NCBI GenBank assembly: GCA_963693365.1
Contig: CAVNZM010000005.1
Coordinates: 8,722,334 to 8,786,333 of the forward strand
Direction: 5' to 3'
Source of the DNA: Amoebidium appalachense
Lineage: Eukaryota > Protista > Ichthyosporea
DNA: 64,000 bases
Shown here piece after piece: positions 26,114 to 53,064 of this stretch (positions are counted from its first letter, which is position 1; each line of letters opens with the position of its first letter). Made by a program: the position numbers and the translations under genes. Under the pieces are notes generated by a model. It was given only the letters and a program-made list of their open reading frames with translations. It was not told the origin of the DNA and did no database searches.

Positions 26114-26143
26114 CACATAATGGGAGAAATTGTAAACTTTACA
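26114..26143 (+). repeat. Left TIR
   Basis: cacataatgggagaaattgtaaactttaca; weaker similarity to the right end continues to ~26164. Confidence 0.8.
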
Positions 26144-26716
26144 ATGTTGGGTAATCCACAACAGCCTATATATATAGTTGTCTGTATAGTAAAATGCTAG
26201 GACCGGTAGGTGCAACTTCCCATGAAATGGGAATGATTTACTGATGTCAAAAGGCAATCGGCAAACACGGAGGCAAGATGCAAAGGGAAGGGAAGGGAAG
26301 GAAACACCAGTCGAACGCCGTCATTATAGCTCATCTCAGGTTTAAACCAAAACCCTGCCGGCACTGCCGGCAGAACACACCTGCCTTCCAATCTTATTAA
26401 ATGGACCGATTTCATATATGTACACAGGGAACCGGAGAATTATTCTAGCCGGCTTAGATACAAGCAAAATCGGCAGACAGGCCTGTGGTTTACCGTTTTC
26501 GATAGATCATACATGAGCTAACACATGCTTACATGCTTGCCGCGCGCCTATTTGTGCTTACAGGGTTACCAGGAAGACCATGCAGTGTGCCAAATTTCAC
26601 GAACCAACACCTGAAAATAAGAAGGGAAAACATGTGTCTGGAGATTGGGACAAGCAGAAGAGAAATGGATAACGGACTCAGAACGAACGTCTATGGAATA
26701 TAAAATCATGGTCAGG

Positions 26717-26882
26717 GGACTCTGAGAGTCTAATCCCCCCTGCAAGACACCATCAAAATGTACTCATATGAAGAAGGTAAAACACATTCCCTGGACTCTG
26801 AGAGTCTACTTCTCCCTGCAGACACCATCGTAACGCACTCATAAGTAGAAAGAAAAACAGACTTCATGGATTCTGAGAGTCC
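26717..26882. repeat. Left subterminal ~76-bp tandem repeat with GGACTCTGAGAGTC(C) core
   Basis: Cores at 26717, 26793 and 26868 (one mismatch in the third); reverse-complement copy at 54034-54048. Confidence 0.8.
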
Positions 26883-27650
26883 ATTTCCTAGAGCAGAACA
26901 TACTAATCAACCACATATTGTAAATGCTCAAAATATCGACCAGACTTTGAAAGTACGGGGTGGTTTTGTATATGAAGTACACTGGGACCGTTTGAATTCA
27001 TCGAAAGAAAACAGACAACACAACACACACGAGTACTCCAACATTTAATTAAGACATACTACGAAATTTCCAAGGTGTCCGTTCCTACAAGCAAAAATAA
27101 AATTTGCCGAAATATATTCATAACAAGAAGAATCTCTCATTCATATAAGGTCGTTTAACACAATGGAGAGGCCAGGACTCTTTGTCGTAAGTCAACATAT
27201 CTACACCGTGGAGGCAGTTTGCTATAACGAAGTATGCCAATTACGATTTCATTCCAAGGATAGCAATACCATACGCATTCGTGTGAAGGTCTATTGACGG
27301 TCATTCGAGTTATAACAGACACCATACAGAATATTACTATCCCTTGCGAGGGTTTCCGAAGGATGGTATTTTTTTCTTGATGCTGTATATGGGTACCCTT
27401 GGTCGTTTTGCGGGGACTGGCACCTCCGTAGATGCTCGGCGCTTGTGTGTTTGTCCTGATGGGTAACGATACAACTTTAGTTACAACCAACCCTCAAAAA
27501 TTCCTGCATACGTGCTTCATGAATTTCACACACACACTCACACAAGCTTTCTCTCTGTCACTCTCTCTCTTGCTGTCTATCTCTATCTCTATCTCCCTCT
27601 CTATCATCATCTCTTCTCCCCCTCTCACTCGCTGTCGCTCTCTCCCCCCC

Positions 27651-27707
<57 letters not shown>

Positions 27708-27985
27708 CTCTCCCCCCCCCCCCCCCCCCTCCCCTCCCCCGTCTCTCTCTCTCCCTCTTAGCCCTACCTCCCTATCTCCGAATCTCCCTATTTCACTCGG
27801 ACATGCAAATGCACATACACTGCACAGAAAATGGATGGGGGGTACCTGTTACTCGAGGCAAAGAGAACCAGTCTCAGGTATGGGGGGGGGGGGCTCGGAA
27901 TATCCCCTCACATAGATCAGTAAAGATTGTATAATACAGGTTACTTCTCACGGACAAAAAGATAAAGGAAATAATTAGTTGGTTC

Positions 27986-28025
<40 letters not shown>

Positions 28026-28102
28026 GGCTCCCTCGGGACCCGTAAGCTGTTTTTTGTGTGTGTTTGTTTTTTTGCCTGTCTAGCAAAATAAAAAGTTATG
28101 GT

Positions 28103-30510
28103 CTAACTTTGCCGACTCATTAGTATAGCGCCACAGAGAAAGACCAATAATTTATTGGCATGGCGGCATCTAAAAAAGAAGCCAAAAGGGTGCCAGGGGA
28201 GAAGGGGAGAGAGAGGGGAGGGGGGAGAGGTGAGGAGGGGAAGAGGTGGAGGCAGCAGAGCGGACGACCCAAAAGAGCCGCAAGGAACCAGTCCATCTCT
28301 GACCAAGCGGGAACGATAAATAAGTCTAATAAAGGATGGAGGTTTTTTAAAAATATTAGCCGGAAAGCTAACCGCTACGAGCCAACTCTACCCTCTTTTC
28401 GACCATATGGGGAAACATAACACCAACAGAATCAACCGGAACACCAAGATTTTTATTCTGGAACTAAGGTACAGGTTAGATGATAATGTAAATTGTAATT
28501 TTAGCTATATCAGGTACAAGAACACCACATTTTCTATGTTAAGGATCATAAGGTTTGCCTTGCACCACTCTGACACTACATCGAACAATCTTTGCAGGCG
28601 TCTAGGGGTACGGGCAAGGAGGGACAGATCATCAGCATAGAGAAGTGCAGGCGGAAAGTTATTAATAGGGTCATCGTTTTCGGCGTAAATCTGACAGCCA
28701 AATCATCTATAAATAGGTTAAACAAAAAGGGGCTAAGCAATGAACCCTGCAAGAGACCTCTAGTACGAGCAAAACCATATGAAAGATGCCCATTAACCAC
28801 AGCTCTACCATAGGTTTGAGACAAGAGTGCTTCTAACAGAACACCAATGCAGTGTGGTACACCCCGTGCAGCAAGCTTTTCCCATAGGAGACCAGGGGAG
28901 ACAGATCGTAAGCAGTTTTCCAATCAATAAAGCCAACATATTGTGCACCAACTTGCATAGAATCTGCAGTGCCATATTTGAACATAACATGAATTTTTTT
29001 ACGAAAAGCGGATGGCATGGGTGTATGTGAAGAATAGATTGAAACCTAGGGTGATGTGCAAATAACCTAAGTAAGCAAGCTTCAAAGAATCTACGAACAA
29101 CCTGGGTTAGTGTAATGGGGCGAAAGGATGATATGGGGCCCTCAGAGTCCTTCTTAACTATGGGGATCACTAAGGTATCTAACCAAGATGACGGGACATG
29201 TCCACATTTAACACACCAAGAAAGAGAGAGCTAACATATAGTAAGATCAGGTTTAATAGCACGATCACTTCCTTTTGTGGGTAGGAGGGAACAAGGATTT
29301 TAAGAAACCCAGCAGGGAGTCCATCAGGTCCACAAGACTTACTAGAGCTATAACTAGATATCACAGACCATATGGCATCGGGACTGAAAAAGGGAGGATC
29401 GATTCTATGGGGATAGATGGGTCTACAGGCCACACAATGGGTTTCTGAGCGGGGGTCCTATCTTTAAACAGTTCCGAGAAAACTTACAGAGTCTATGAGG
29501 GGGCTCCAGTGGTATCACCAATAATACGAGCAGGGGGGCCAAATCGATCATACTAGCAAGCCGGCGCAAGCTTTCCTTTTGAGACAGGGGCACCTAGTCT
29601 AGCGGGAGTGGTGTTTGGTAACAAGAGAGCACGGGATATTCCTTCCTACCACCGCCAGCATAATCACCGAGATCTATCAAATCATCAACAATAAATTAGT
29701 CAGTATTAGTACGAATGAATCTGGCCTGGCTGTCAGATTCTAATAGGCGCATATATATAGGGTGTTTCGTAGCATAGCATACACATACATCAACTCTACC
29801 CCACTGTGACTTAAGCTGGGATAGACGGAGGCGAAAGGTGGGAGGGGGAGGGGGAGCAGATCAAGGGAGATCTTAGGTAGGAAAAGGATAGGAGAGTGGT
29901 CAGATGACCTAGAGAGGTTAGGAGGGAGAGAGAGTTTGACATGGTTGATGGCCAAAAGGCCACTCCCCAGTCGGTGTTGTGGGCATGGGATTTTGAGGGA
30001 ACCGCAAAGTGTGACTTTGGACATACCTTGCTAAGGGATAGCACGCTCCGGGGCTAGATGGGTACCCGACACTCACTTGCAGTGTGTCTGTGTGGTGGAG
30101 TCGCGTTAAATCACCTAAAATAACAGTGGACATTGGTAACTGTGACAACTCGTGAGTCAATCGACAACCGACATAGATGGTGGGTAATATACAAAAGTAA
30201 AAACATTAGAAAGAACTCTATAAAACCGAGAATTCCGTTTTTGCTACCGGTTTGCACTTCACTCTCAGTGTGGTGCGGCAAGTACAATAATGCCTCGGTT
30301 TTTCGCGTAACCGGGGTGTGTGGATGTGTCGACCAATGTAGAGTTGAATTTGTGGTGGTTTTTAAACTGTGTTTCGCAAATCACTGTAAACGTGTGGTTG
30401 TTTGTCTGTTGTTGTATGTAGCTGATTTTATCGTCGAGTGTCCCGGGGGGGAGGCCCTTTTGGGGGCCCAGTGTCCGAGCATTCCAGAAGAAGAAGGATA
30501 AATTAGGCAT
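28103..30510 (-). pseudogene. LINE ORF2 (AP endonuclease + RT), multiple frameshifts
   Basis: FFWNARTL, VICETQ, ILGDL, SDH; SKSCGPDGLP, SFRPITL, FIDWKTAYD, GLLQGSLLSPFLFNLFIDDL, YADD. Confidence 0.9.
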
Positions 30511-31687
30511 CGGTTTGGTCCGACACCTGTGGGGTTGGTTCCCACTTGTCGCTTACGGGGTCGTATGCACGACCTTCCGCCAGCGCGAACAGTTCGCAGA
30601 AGAGCTCGATTTCCATCTCGCATCGGCGTTTGCGCTCGAGCAGTTTCTCACCAGAAAACATTGGTTCCTTCGTGTCCGTGTCTATCACGCTCGTAGCATC
30701 GTTTTCCAACTTTGCGAGGAACTCTTTTGCCTTGCTGATGCGTACACGACAACGTGTGGCGCACGCATTCTTAGCAGACACTTTACGTTCTTTGTCTGCT
30801 TTCTGAATGTTTTCCGGCGCGCATGGGTCGTAGCTTGGGAGGTGGGTGAAGAAGCTTCCACACCCCTTTGTCGCGTCACGGATGAACGCACGGTTATAGT
30901 CGCCCCGTACTGCTACTTCCAGCACATCGTATCCAATGAAGGACAGACAAAGGATGCGAGAGCACCGGAAGCCGAGAGCCTTGAAGATGGACCACATGGC
31001 CCTGTGTGGGCGTCTGCCGTGCTTGACTTTGAAATACACCCTCTCGTATTTGGGTGGGATGTTGATGTTACCGTTTGCTTGGGTGTTCCCCTTAGCCGGC
31101 GGTTTGGGAGGGGAGTTGCGGCGGTACTCGTTGCCTGCAAGAATGCTGGCATATGTTTCCTTGGCAATTTGGCGGAGCTCGGGTGTTTTACGAGAGTTCG
31201 CATATTCTAGGAACTCTGCCGGGAGCTGTGCTTCCGGTCCTGTGTTGTTTTGTGTTGGGGTGGAAATGTCTCCGTCGCGAGATGTTTGCTCATGAGTTTT
31301 GGGGTTTTGCGATCCACTAATGTTTAGCTGGGCTGTGAGTGAATCAATGGTGAGCTTGAGTTGGGTATTTTCTGTTTGGAGTTTTTCTATCATGTTCTTG
31401 AGTGGTAACAGCTCATTTAGCTGTTTCTTAACGAGGGCAAGTTCTGCCAGTACTGTATCAACCGAAAGTTTCGGCATGGTTGTTATTGTGTTTCTACGGA
31501 GTGGTGTGGTGTTATTCTGAATGGGTAGTGTATTGTAAATAGGTGTTGCGCTTAGTCTAAGGCGATGTTTTTCTGGTTGTGCATCTGTGGTAGGTGTATC
31601 TGCTGGACGTTTTAATGGTCGCACATGTGTGATGGGTGTAGATGGAACTTTGAAAGAGGTTCTGAAACGATTATAGGCATGTGCCAT
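30503..31687 (-). CDS. LINE ORF1 (coiled coil, Gag-like)
   Basis: 394-aa open frame with a heptad coiled coil; its stop overlaps the ORF2 ATG. Confidence 0.8.
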   Translation of the reverse strand: MAHAYNRFRTSFKVPSTPITHVRPLKRPADTPTTDAQPEKHRLRLSATPIYNTLPIQNNTTPLRRNTITTMPKLSVDTVLAELALVKKQLNELLPLKNMIEKLQTENTQLKLTIDSLTAQLNISGSQNPKTHEQTSRDGDISTPTQNNTGPEAQLPAEFLEYANSRKTPELRQIAKETYASILAGNEYRRNSPPKPPAKGNTQANGNINIPPKYERVYFKVKHGRRPHRAMWSIFKALGFRCSRILCLSFIGYDVLEVAVRGDYNRAFIRDATKGCGSFFTHLPSYDPCAPENIQKADKERKVSAKNACATRCRVRISKAKEFLAKLENDATSVIDTDTKEPMFSGEKLLERKRRCEMEIELFCELFALAEGRAYDPVSDKWEPTPQVSDQTDA

Positions 31688-32284
31688 GACATGGATGGGG
31701 GTGTTCCCCGGCCCTTAGGGCCACGGATGGCCTGGTTTAGGGGTGGATGCGCGAAGGATACTATTTATTAGCAGATAATAAAGAGCGACATTTGAATCGA
31801 TGTGTGCGACTGAATCGATGTGTGCGACTGAATCGATGTGTGCGACATAGACATTTGTCTCCCAAAAGCCCGTTTAGCATCACCACAAACAGGCTATGAA
31901 ACAGGCTATGGAATAATGCAAGTCGAGATACGTACCCGTCTTTGACATCACGAGCGGTTCGTTTTCTAAATCACTTGACACGTCGTTTTGGAGACTGTTG
32001 GTGTCACCATCTGATTTGCTGGCCACACTGCCGGGGTTCTTGATGTTGTCGTTGTTGCTATTGCTCTCTGCGCTGTTGATGTCTGCATTGTGAATGTCAG
32101 TCCGAGTTCAGAGCCAATGCTCAGATAATGATTCGAAATGATTTTGTTGGTGTGGGTGGGGAAGCCTCAGAAGGAGTTTGTAACTTCTTTCAAATCGAAA
32201 AGTTTATCACCATTGTCGTTTTTCTGCCCATGCCCATAGGAAATGTGGAGGTGGTGGTGGTTGTGGTGTTTGTGGTGGTCTGAT

Positions 32285-32315
<31 letters not shown>

Positions 32316-32386
32316 GGGGGGAGGGGGGTATGCCATGTGGGGGGGGGGGGGGGGCACCCGTGCATGTCATTGGCCGTGTGCTGGTT

Positions 32387-32425
<39 letters not shown>

Positions 32426-32749
32426 TGTGCATGTGCGTGTTCATGTGCATGTGCATGTGCATGTGTGGACGTCTGTCTCTGTGTACATGTTTAAATTATC
32501 TGCTTTAAAGCTCGGAAACGTATTGTTTTGGGTTGATCAAATATGGGTTGTCAGTTCGGGGATGGTATTGGCCTAAGCAAGTTACACTCCTGTCATTCAA
32601 TCGTGTTGATTTTACCTTTTTGCAAGATCAAGAAGCAAGAAAGTCAGGAACAGGATTATAGGGTTATGGTTTTCTTTTATTTATTTGTTTTGTTTTGCTT
32701 TTGTTCTTTTTATTTTTTATTTTTAATTTTTTATTTTTATTCTTTATTT

Positions 32750-32790
<41 letters not shown>

Positions 32791-32794
32791 CCTC

Positions 32795-34972
32795 ACCTGA
32801 ATCGGGTGAGTCTGCACCATCCTGCTCCTCAGGGGATTCGTCTACGGCTGGTGCACCTATACGGTATAGTGTTTTTGCGCATGTGCGTGTGTGTGGGGTG
32901 TGTGGGGGTGTGCGTGGTGGAGGGGGTGGGGGTGGGGGTGGGGATGGGGGGGGGGGGGGGGGGGGGGGAGGGGGGGGATTGGCCGTGAGGAACTGTTTGA
33001 CATATTATGAGATAGCATGAAGGGTTTGCTAATGGGGTAGACTATTTGTAGGAGAGACAGATTGTCGCTGAGAGAAACACACATAATGAAGGGTTAGTGT
33101 TGGTGGGTGGTGGGATGGGATGTGGGTATGTTTTTTTTTTTTTTTTTTGTTTTTTTTTTTTGGGGGGGGGGGGGAGAATACAGACACAACATACAAGTAA
33201 ACGAGGTACAGGATTCTAGGGTGTGTTTCCATGATTTTGGGCCATAACAAAGTCCAGCGGTTTGCGGGTCTATTGAATGACGATGTGGACTGAGAAGACA
33301 CCTTGAAGGTGTTTGTGAGACTTGTGACTCGTGCCGGGCATAATTTTAAGTGCATGTATGTCTAGGGGTGTTGAGGGTTGAGGAGAGAGTTGAGGGGGGA
33401 AAGGGGGTGGAGGGGGGGGGGGGGGGGGGGGTGGGGGGTGGGGGTGGTGGGGGGGGGGGGGGGGGGGGAGGGGGAGGAAGGTTTTAAAAACTTAGTACTA
33501 AAGTCGATGCAGTCTCCACATCTATTTATGAAACAGAACTCCACAACAGTTACCATAGTAAAGTATACAGTAACAGCCGATATGTTAACGGATTCTGCTT
33601 CAATCATGTTGAAGGAAGTGATCTCGAAGGATACAAGGGGAGGAGAGTGGGAGAATGGAAGTAGGACGGGTACGGTGTGTGTATGAGGGTGTAGGGGTTT
33701 AAAGTGAATATGGGCGGGTCACGGTGGGGGGGGGGGGGGGGGGGGGGGGAAGGGTGGGGGGAGGGGGGGGGGGGGGTTTGAGAAAGGCAGGAGGAAGGGG
33801 GGGAGGGGGGAGAAAGAGGGGGAGGGGGGGGGTGAGGGTGGGGGGGAAGGGGGTTTGTGGGGGGGGGGGGGGGGGGGGGGGGTGAGGGGGAGTGGGGGGG
33901 GGGGGGGGGGGGGGGGGGGGGACCTTCGCCGGTTCGGGGATGGCCTCGGGGTTGTAGCTGTCGGTGGGGTTGACAATTATTAGAACAATTTCACCCTTCT
34001 TGGCGTTTGAGTACGGGCTTGGATTCTTCCACTCTGCCAAGCGTGCCCGTTTCCCAGGGCCCCGGTACGCCCCTGAGCATGGTGCTTTGAAGGGCTTGTC
34101 CTGCCGCAAGCTGGGCAGCGGATCCTCAATCGGCTCCGGCTCGACAGCCACCTGTTTGGTATGTATTGGTTAGTTATTAAAGGGGAAATGCGCGTCATGC
34201 AAACTTCTATAAAATTGACCATGTCATTGTGCAACCGTACCTAACAGCACATACCAGGGCAGGGTGGGTCACGTTGTGTGTATGAGGGTGTTTGTGTGTT
34301 TGAAGGAAGGGGGGGGGGGGGGGGGGGGGGGAGAGAGAGAGAGAGAGAGGGGGGGGGGGGGGGGGGTTGCCGGTTCTAGGACGGTATTGGCCTTACACAA
34401 GTCATGCAAATCATGTCCTTCAATGAGTTCATTTGTTCAATAGTGTTCCTAACTGATTGCAAATGTATGCGAGTGTGTGTTTGTGTCTACGTGTGTGTGT
34501 TGTGTGTATGTGCGTGTGTGTGCGTGTGCGTGTGTGTGTGTGCGTGTGTGTGCGGTGTGTGTGTGTGTGTGCGTGTGTACCTGTTCTGGTTCTGCTCCTC
34601 CAGCCTGGGCCAACTCTCTCTTTCGGTGTATGAATTCTAGGGTTCTTGTTAGATCAAACGATCCCCGTGTGTTAGGGCTGTAGCCAGCTCCCACAGTTTT
34701 ATTCTCCTTTCGGCCAGGATGTACATCTCAAATAAAAGTGTTCGTGACTCCCGAACCTGGTCAATCGAGTACGGGTGCAATTCCAAACATCTGCCCTTTG
34801 AGCAACACCTTGAAGTTCGGGTCGATGCGGCCAACTCTATGTTTTCGTCAGAAAGGGCTGTGTCTCGCCTTTTCATGCGTGTTGTCTGTGCACCGGGAGG
34901 TCGTTTCTGACCCGAGTACTTCCTGGCGGGCTTGAGCACCACCCTTTGCACGTTCGCCAAACTTAAAGCCAT
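32795..34972 (-). pseudogene. Decayed, apparently internally deleted transposase-like gene of the giant element
   Basis: Exon 1 contains SRCCSKGRCLE...IDQVRESR, similar to the Cys cluster I recall at the N-terminus of DUF7869/Sola-like transposases. Further exons at ~33923-34152, 33210-33350 and 32797-32857. In-frame stops present; no DDE core visible. Confidence 0.45.
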
Positions 34973-35174
34973 TGCGTTGATTAGGCTATATCATGGTACT
35001 CACCCAAGGACCACTGTACACAATGTACTACAACACATGTCTGATTGTGGCGCGGTCGTGAGTGTATCCCGCTTTTATATGACATGCATTGTACTGCATG
35101 CGCCAATAGGAATTCTCCCTCGTTGGGCGATGGTTTTTCGCTGTTCAACATGGTTCTTTTATGGCGGCGTCTCG

Positions 35175-35342
35175 TGAGGTTGATATCGAGGGTAAACTTT
35201 GAAAGTACGCAAACATTAACGTACAACCTTTATCAGTCGTCATCTACCGTGTGTACATACGGGGTGCATACTGTACGCCGCATGTACATTACACAAAAAT
35301 ATTGACAGTATGCGCCTGTGATAGTTTGCGTTGTTCAGGGGC

Positions 35343-35375
<33 letters not shown>

Positions 35376-35831
35376 GGGGGGGAGGGGGGGGGGGGGGGGG
35401 GGAGGAGGGGGGGGGGGGGGGGTGTATGATCTCTACTGCAAGACGAAACCGGGTTACGGAACGATCTTGGTTTAGCAGCGTTAGCATAAATCACCTCGTT
35501 CTCCGGGCTCTGGTAGTCCGCGATCGACATCTAAACACGCGTGATCAGGTGTCATTTCGAGGAATATGGTATGTCCAATAGGAACGCAGCAGTATCATAC
35601 GACTTAATGGTGCTGGCGCACGTGCACCGAAAATCGGAGTTAGCATATGCCGCACATGTACATGGTCGTCGATCGAGTGGCCCGGGGCCGCCAAGTCTCA
35701 TGAGGTTATCGAGCGTAAACTTTGGGAGTACGCAAACATTAACGTACAACCTTGATCAGTCGTCATCTACTGTGTGTACATATGGGGCCCGGGTGCATAC
35801 TGTACGCCACATGTACATTATACAAAAATAT
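35175..35831. repeat. Dispersed ~130-bp duplication (35175-35302 / 35696-35831)
   Basis: tgaggtt...aaactttg..agtacgcaaacattaacgtacaacctt...acaaaaatatt present twice. Confidence 0.85.
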
Positions 35832-36538
35832 TTCGCCTCAGTGTAAACACACGATATGGGGGGGGGGGGGGGGGGGGGGGGGGGGAGAAGGGGAGGGAGA
35901 AGAGAGAAGGCTTTGAGGGAATCGAAGGGAGACCTGAGGATGGAAGGAAGGGACTCTGAGAGAGGGCGGGAGGGAAAGGGGAGAGGGGGGGGGGAAAGTG
36001 AACTTCGAGAGAGACTGGGAGGGAGAGGGAAGGAGGGGGGGAAATGAGATACTGAGGGAGGGAGACTTGGACTGGCCAAGGGCCGTGACCAGAGGACTTG
36101 ATAGAGCTTTGGCCTGGGGACTCCTAGGAAGGGGGGGGGGGGGGGGGGGGGGAGGGAGGGGCGGGGAGAGCCTCGGACTCTGAGGCTGACGGAGAAAGGG
36201 ATGAGAGAGAGAGAGAGAGAGACGCAAGGGAGAGGGGGAGACAGAGAAAGAATGAGGGAGGGAGAGGGGGAGGGGGAGACGGAGAAAGAGTGAGAGAGGG
36301 AGATGGAGAGGGAGAGGGGGGGGGGGGAGGGGGGGGGGGGAGAGAGCGAGAGAGAGACTGAGAGAGAGAGAGTGTGTGTGTGTGAGAGAGAGCTTGAGAG
36401 AGAGATGGGTAGATATATAAATATATATATGATATATACACTATATATATATATATATATACCGCCATATGTATATATAAGCCTTATTAGTATATATATA
36501 TATATATATATATGATATACCGCCATATGTATATATAA

Positions 36539-36630
<92 letters not shown>

Positions 36631-36809
36631 GGAGAAAGGGAGAGAGACTCTGAGACAGAAAGAGAGAGAGAGAGAGAGGAGAGAGAGAACTTGAGGAGGA
36701 GACTGTAGGATGAGACCCTGGAGGGAGCAGGGGAGGAAGTGTGGGGGGGGGGAACCTTGGATCGAACCACAGAATGTGCTCACATGAGTTTCCTTTTTAT
36801 TTTCAATAC

Positions 36810-36940
36810 GGATATGTTGGTTTTATTGAACGGAAAACTTCTTACGATTCTGTCTCCCCTGGTCTCTTATGGGAAAAGCTTGCTGCACGGGGTGTACCAC
36901 ACTGCATTGGTGTTTTGTTAGAAGCACTCTTGTCTCAAAC
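36810..36940 (+). mobile_element. Inverted fragment of the LINE RT region
   Basis: Reverse complement of ~28815-28941, lying next to the first copy of a ~58-bp direct repeat (36752-36810 / 37095-37152). Confidence 0.85.
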
Positions 36941-37011
36941 GTGTTACAATGTGCCCCATTAGGAAACAGTGCCAGTCTAGCTTCACTGTCAGACTGGGCC
37001 GGGGTGGGCGT

Positions 37012-37050
<39 letters not shown>

Positions 37051-37899
37051 GAGGGGAAGGGGGGGGAGGGGGGGGGGAGGGGGGGGGGGGGGGGGACCTT
37101 GGATCGAGCCACAGAATGTGTTCACATGAGTTTTCTTTTTATTTTCAATACGGGCGTGAATGGCTTGACATTGTCCTGCAAATACTTATCACACCTGGCA
37201 CCCAACACTACAAGTGGGCATCAGCACAGGTTACGTTTGTAAAACAGGCCAACCGCTATTTAGTAATGGGAATGCAATGTAAATCCGAAACCTAGTAACA
37301 CAAATCGCCTTTCCACAAAGATATGGTGGTACAGTGAAAACATAAAGAACAGGGAGCACACAAGCCATTATATACCAACAGACCATTTCGTGAAGCCCAA
37401 AACCAACATCCAACACTAAACGAGTCAGTACAACCTAGAGCACTGTGCAATCATTCCTAGCTGCAGGTAAGCCTGAAGTTCATCGGCGGCCTCCAGATAG
37501 TCTGCACGGGCACTACGTATGCGAGCGTCGTGCGTGGATGCAATGACAATTGTGTTAACGGTATCCACAATCTCCCTCGCAATCTCCCCCCCCCCCCCCT
37601 CCCCCCTCCCCCCCCCCAAAAAATGTATGGCCTTTGGACGGACGTACCCCCCCCCCCCACACACACACACACGCACACACCCCAACACCCAACACACATA
37701 CACACACAAAACCATGTACACATGTGTACACCAGCCCACACACACACACACACACACACGAACACGAACATGCACATTCGCTCACACGCTTCCACCCACA
37801 CTCGTACGTGCCATCGCAATGTTGCAATGTTACATATAAAGACAGTGCACGCGACATCTTGAACACACACGCCATCCAAAGTGGTGTGACCGGCATAAA

Positions 37900-38696
37900 T
37901 TGATTTTTATGCCCAGTTATCAAATTTGATTGGCAAACCCGCTATCTCGAATGTTTGCCTGATGCTCTTCCATATGGAATGTTCGCGTGCTGCGGGCTTC
38001 TTTCGATTGGGCTGTTACTCTACACGCAAGATTACAACATGTTTCCACATGAACCAGAATCTACGGTGGATTACCAGAGTCCCCTGCACCATGATAACGC
38101 GTCTCGCCGGCTGGCGTCCCTGTGAAAAGCCTCCCCCCTCCCCCCCCCCCCCCCCCCCTCCCCAATGATCTTCCTATTGTTTAAGGACCATGTTTCCTCG
38201 TCCCGCTAGTACTATTACATAGAGTACTATTACATAGCAACATTTACTTTCCATTCTACATAATTTTAATCCATTCAACAACGAAGTCCATACACCTGTG
38301 TCCTCGCAATGTCATGGCAATCCAGCCCCCCCCACATATAAACACAGCGCACGCGATACCTTGAATGGAGCGCATAAATTGTGCGTCATTTTTCTTATGT
38401 CCCGTTAAAATATTTTTTATGGCCCGTAAGTGAATGGAGCGCATAAATTGTGGGCCATTTTTCTTATGTCCCGTTATAATGATTTTTATGCCCCGTTATC
38501 AAATTTGATTGGCAAACCCGCTATCTTGAATGTTTGCCTGATGCTCTTCCATATAGAATGTTCGCGTGCCGCGGGTTTTTTCCGATTGGACTGTTACTTT
38601 CCACGCACGTTTCCACATCAAGCAGAGTCTCCGGCGGACTACCAGAGCCCACGTCACCATCATAACGCGCCCAGTCGGCTCGCGTCGCTGTGAAAG

Positions 38697-38737
<41 letters not shown>

Positions 38738-38905
38738 TTTCCCCCCCGCACCATACAAAATCAAATGAGTGATATCCCTATTGTTCCAGGGCCACGTTTC
38801 CTTCTCCCGCTAGTACTATGACATAGAGTGCTATTACATAGCAACATTTACTTTCAATTATACATACTTTTAATCCGAAGTCCATACATCTGTGTGGTCG
38901 CAAGT
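37900..38905. repeat. ~400-bp diverged tandem duplication upstream of the fusion gene
   Basis: 37900-38310 resembles 38480-38905 (ttatcaaatttgattggcaaacccgctatc...cccgctagtactat). Confidence 0.85.
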
Positions 38906-39461
38906 TGTGGAATGCCCGCATGACGCGGGCCTCTAACGATTGGATAAAAACATAAGAAACTCAAGCAGCGCCAAGGAATGTTCGCCTGACACGGCCCGCA
39001 AATGATTGACGGAGTGCTCTCTCTATTCAGTCGGGGCGTCCTCTAATTAGGGGATCACACAAAACACATGTTATCAACATCTTTGGGCCGCTCGACCTGG
39101 CATGCGGGACTCTCAAAGTCCACATGTGCATACAAACGCCCCCCCCCCCCCCCTCCCCTTCCACCCTCCCAAAACAATACACACATTACACCCATCCACC
39201 CCACTTGGGTTTGAATTGTACATACGTAGTTATAGAAGATTTCTACGAACTCCCTTTAGATAACATGTACAAACATTGCGTGACCCGCGCGCGCGGTTGT
39301 TCATGCATATGACACAAGCAAACCTCGTGATCTTATTGCGGGATCACCTTTTGGGTCCGACACTCACCAAACAAAAGGCGGTCGCATTCCAAATGCACGA
39401 GCACATTTTAACGCACACGCTAGCTGTTCAGAACACAGTCTTTCCAACAAGCAGTGTCGAC

Positions 39462-52959
<13,498 letters not shown>

Positions 52960-53018
52960 AAAGGATATTCTAGGAAATTTTTTTGACTTTTGTTGAAAAT
53001 AAGTCTGCTAACAATCTA

Positions 53019-53064
<46 letters not shown>

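Larger units (their letters stand above)
27988..31850 (-). mobile_element. Non-LTR retrotransposon (LINE) nested in the giant element
   Basis: ORF1 plus overlapping ORF2 (APE-RT), poly(A)-like tract at 27988-28021, 18-bp tandem repeat x~3 at ~31794-31847. No TSD found. Confidence 0.85.

Noticed and set aside
26717-26882. CRISPR-like repeat-spacer array
   Set aside because: The inter-repeat sequences are related to each other, the context is eukaryotic, and there are no cas genes; these are tandem subterminal repeats.
37425-37580. Minus-strand coding-like block (EIAREIVDTVNTIVIAS...)
   Set aside because: Isolated, with no recognisable domain or reliable splice partners.
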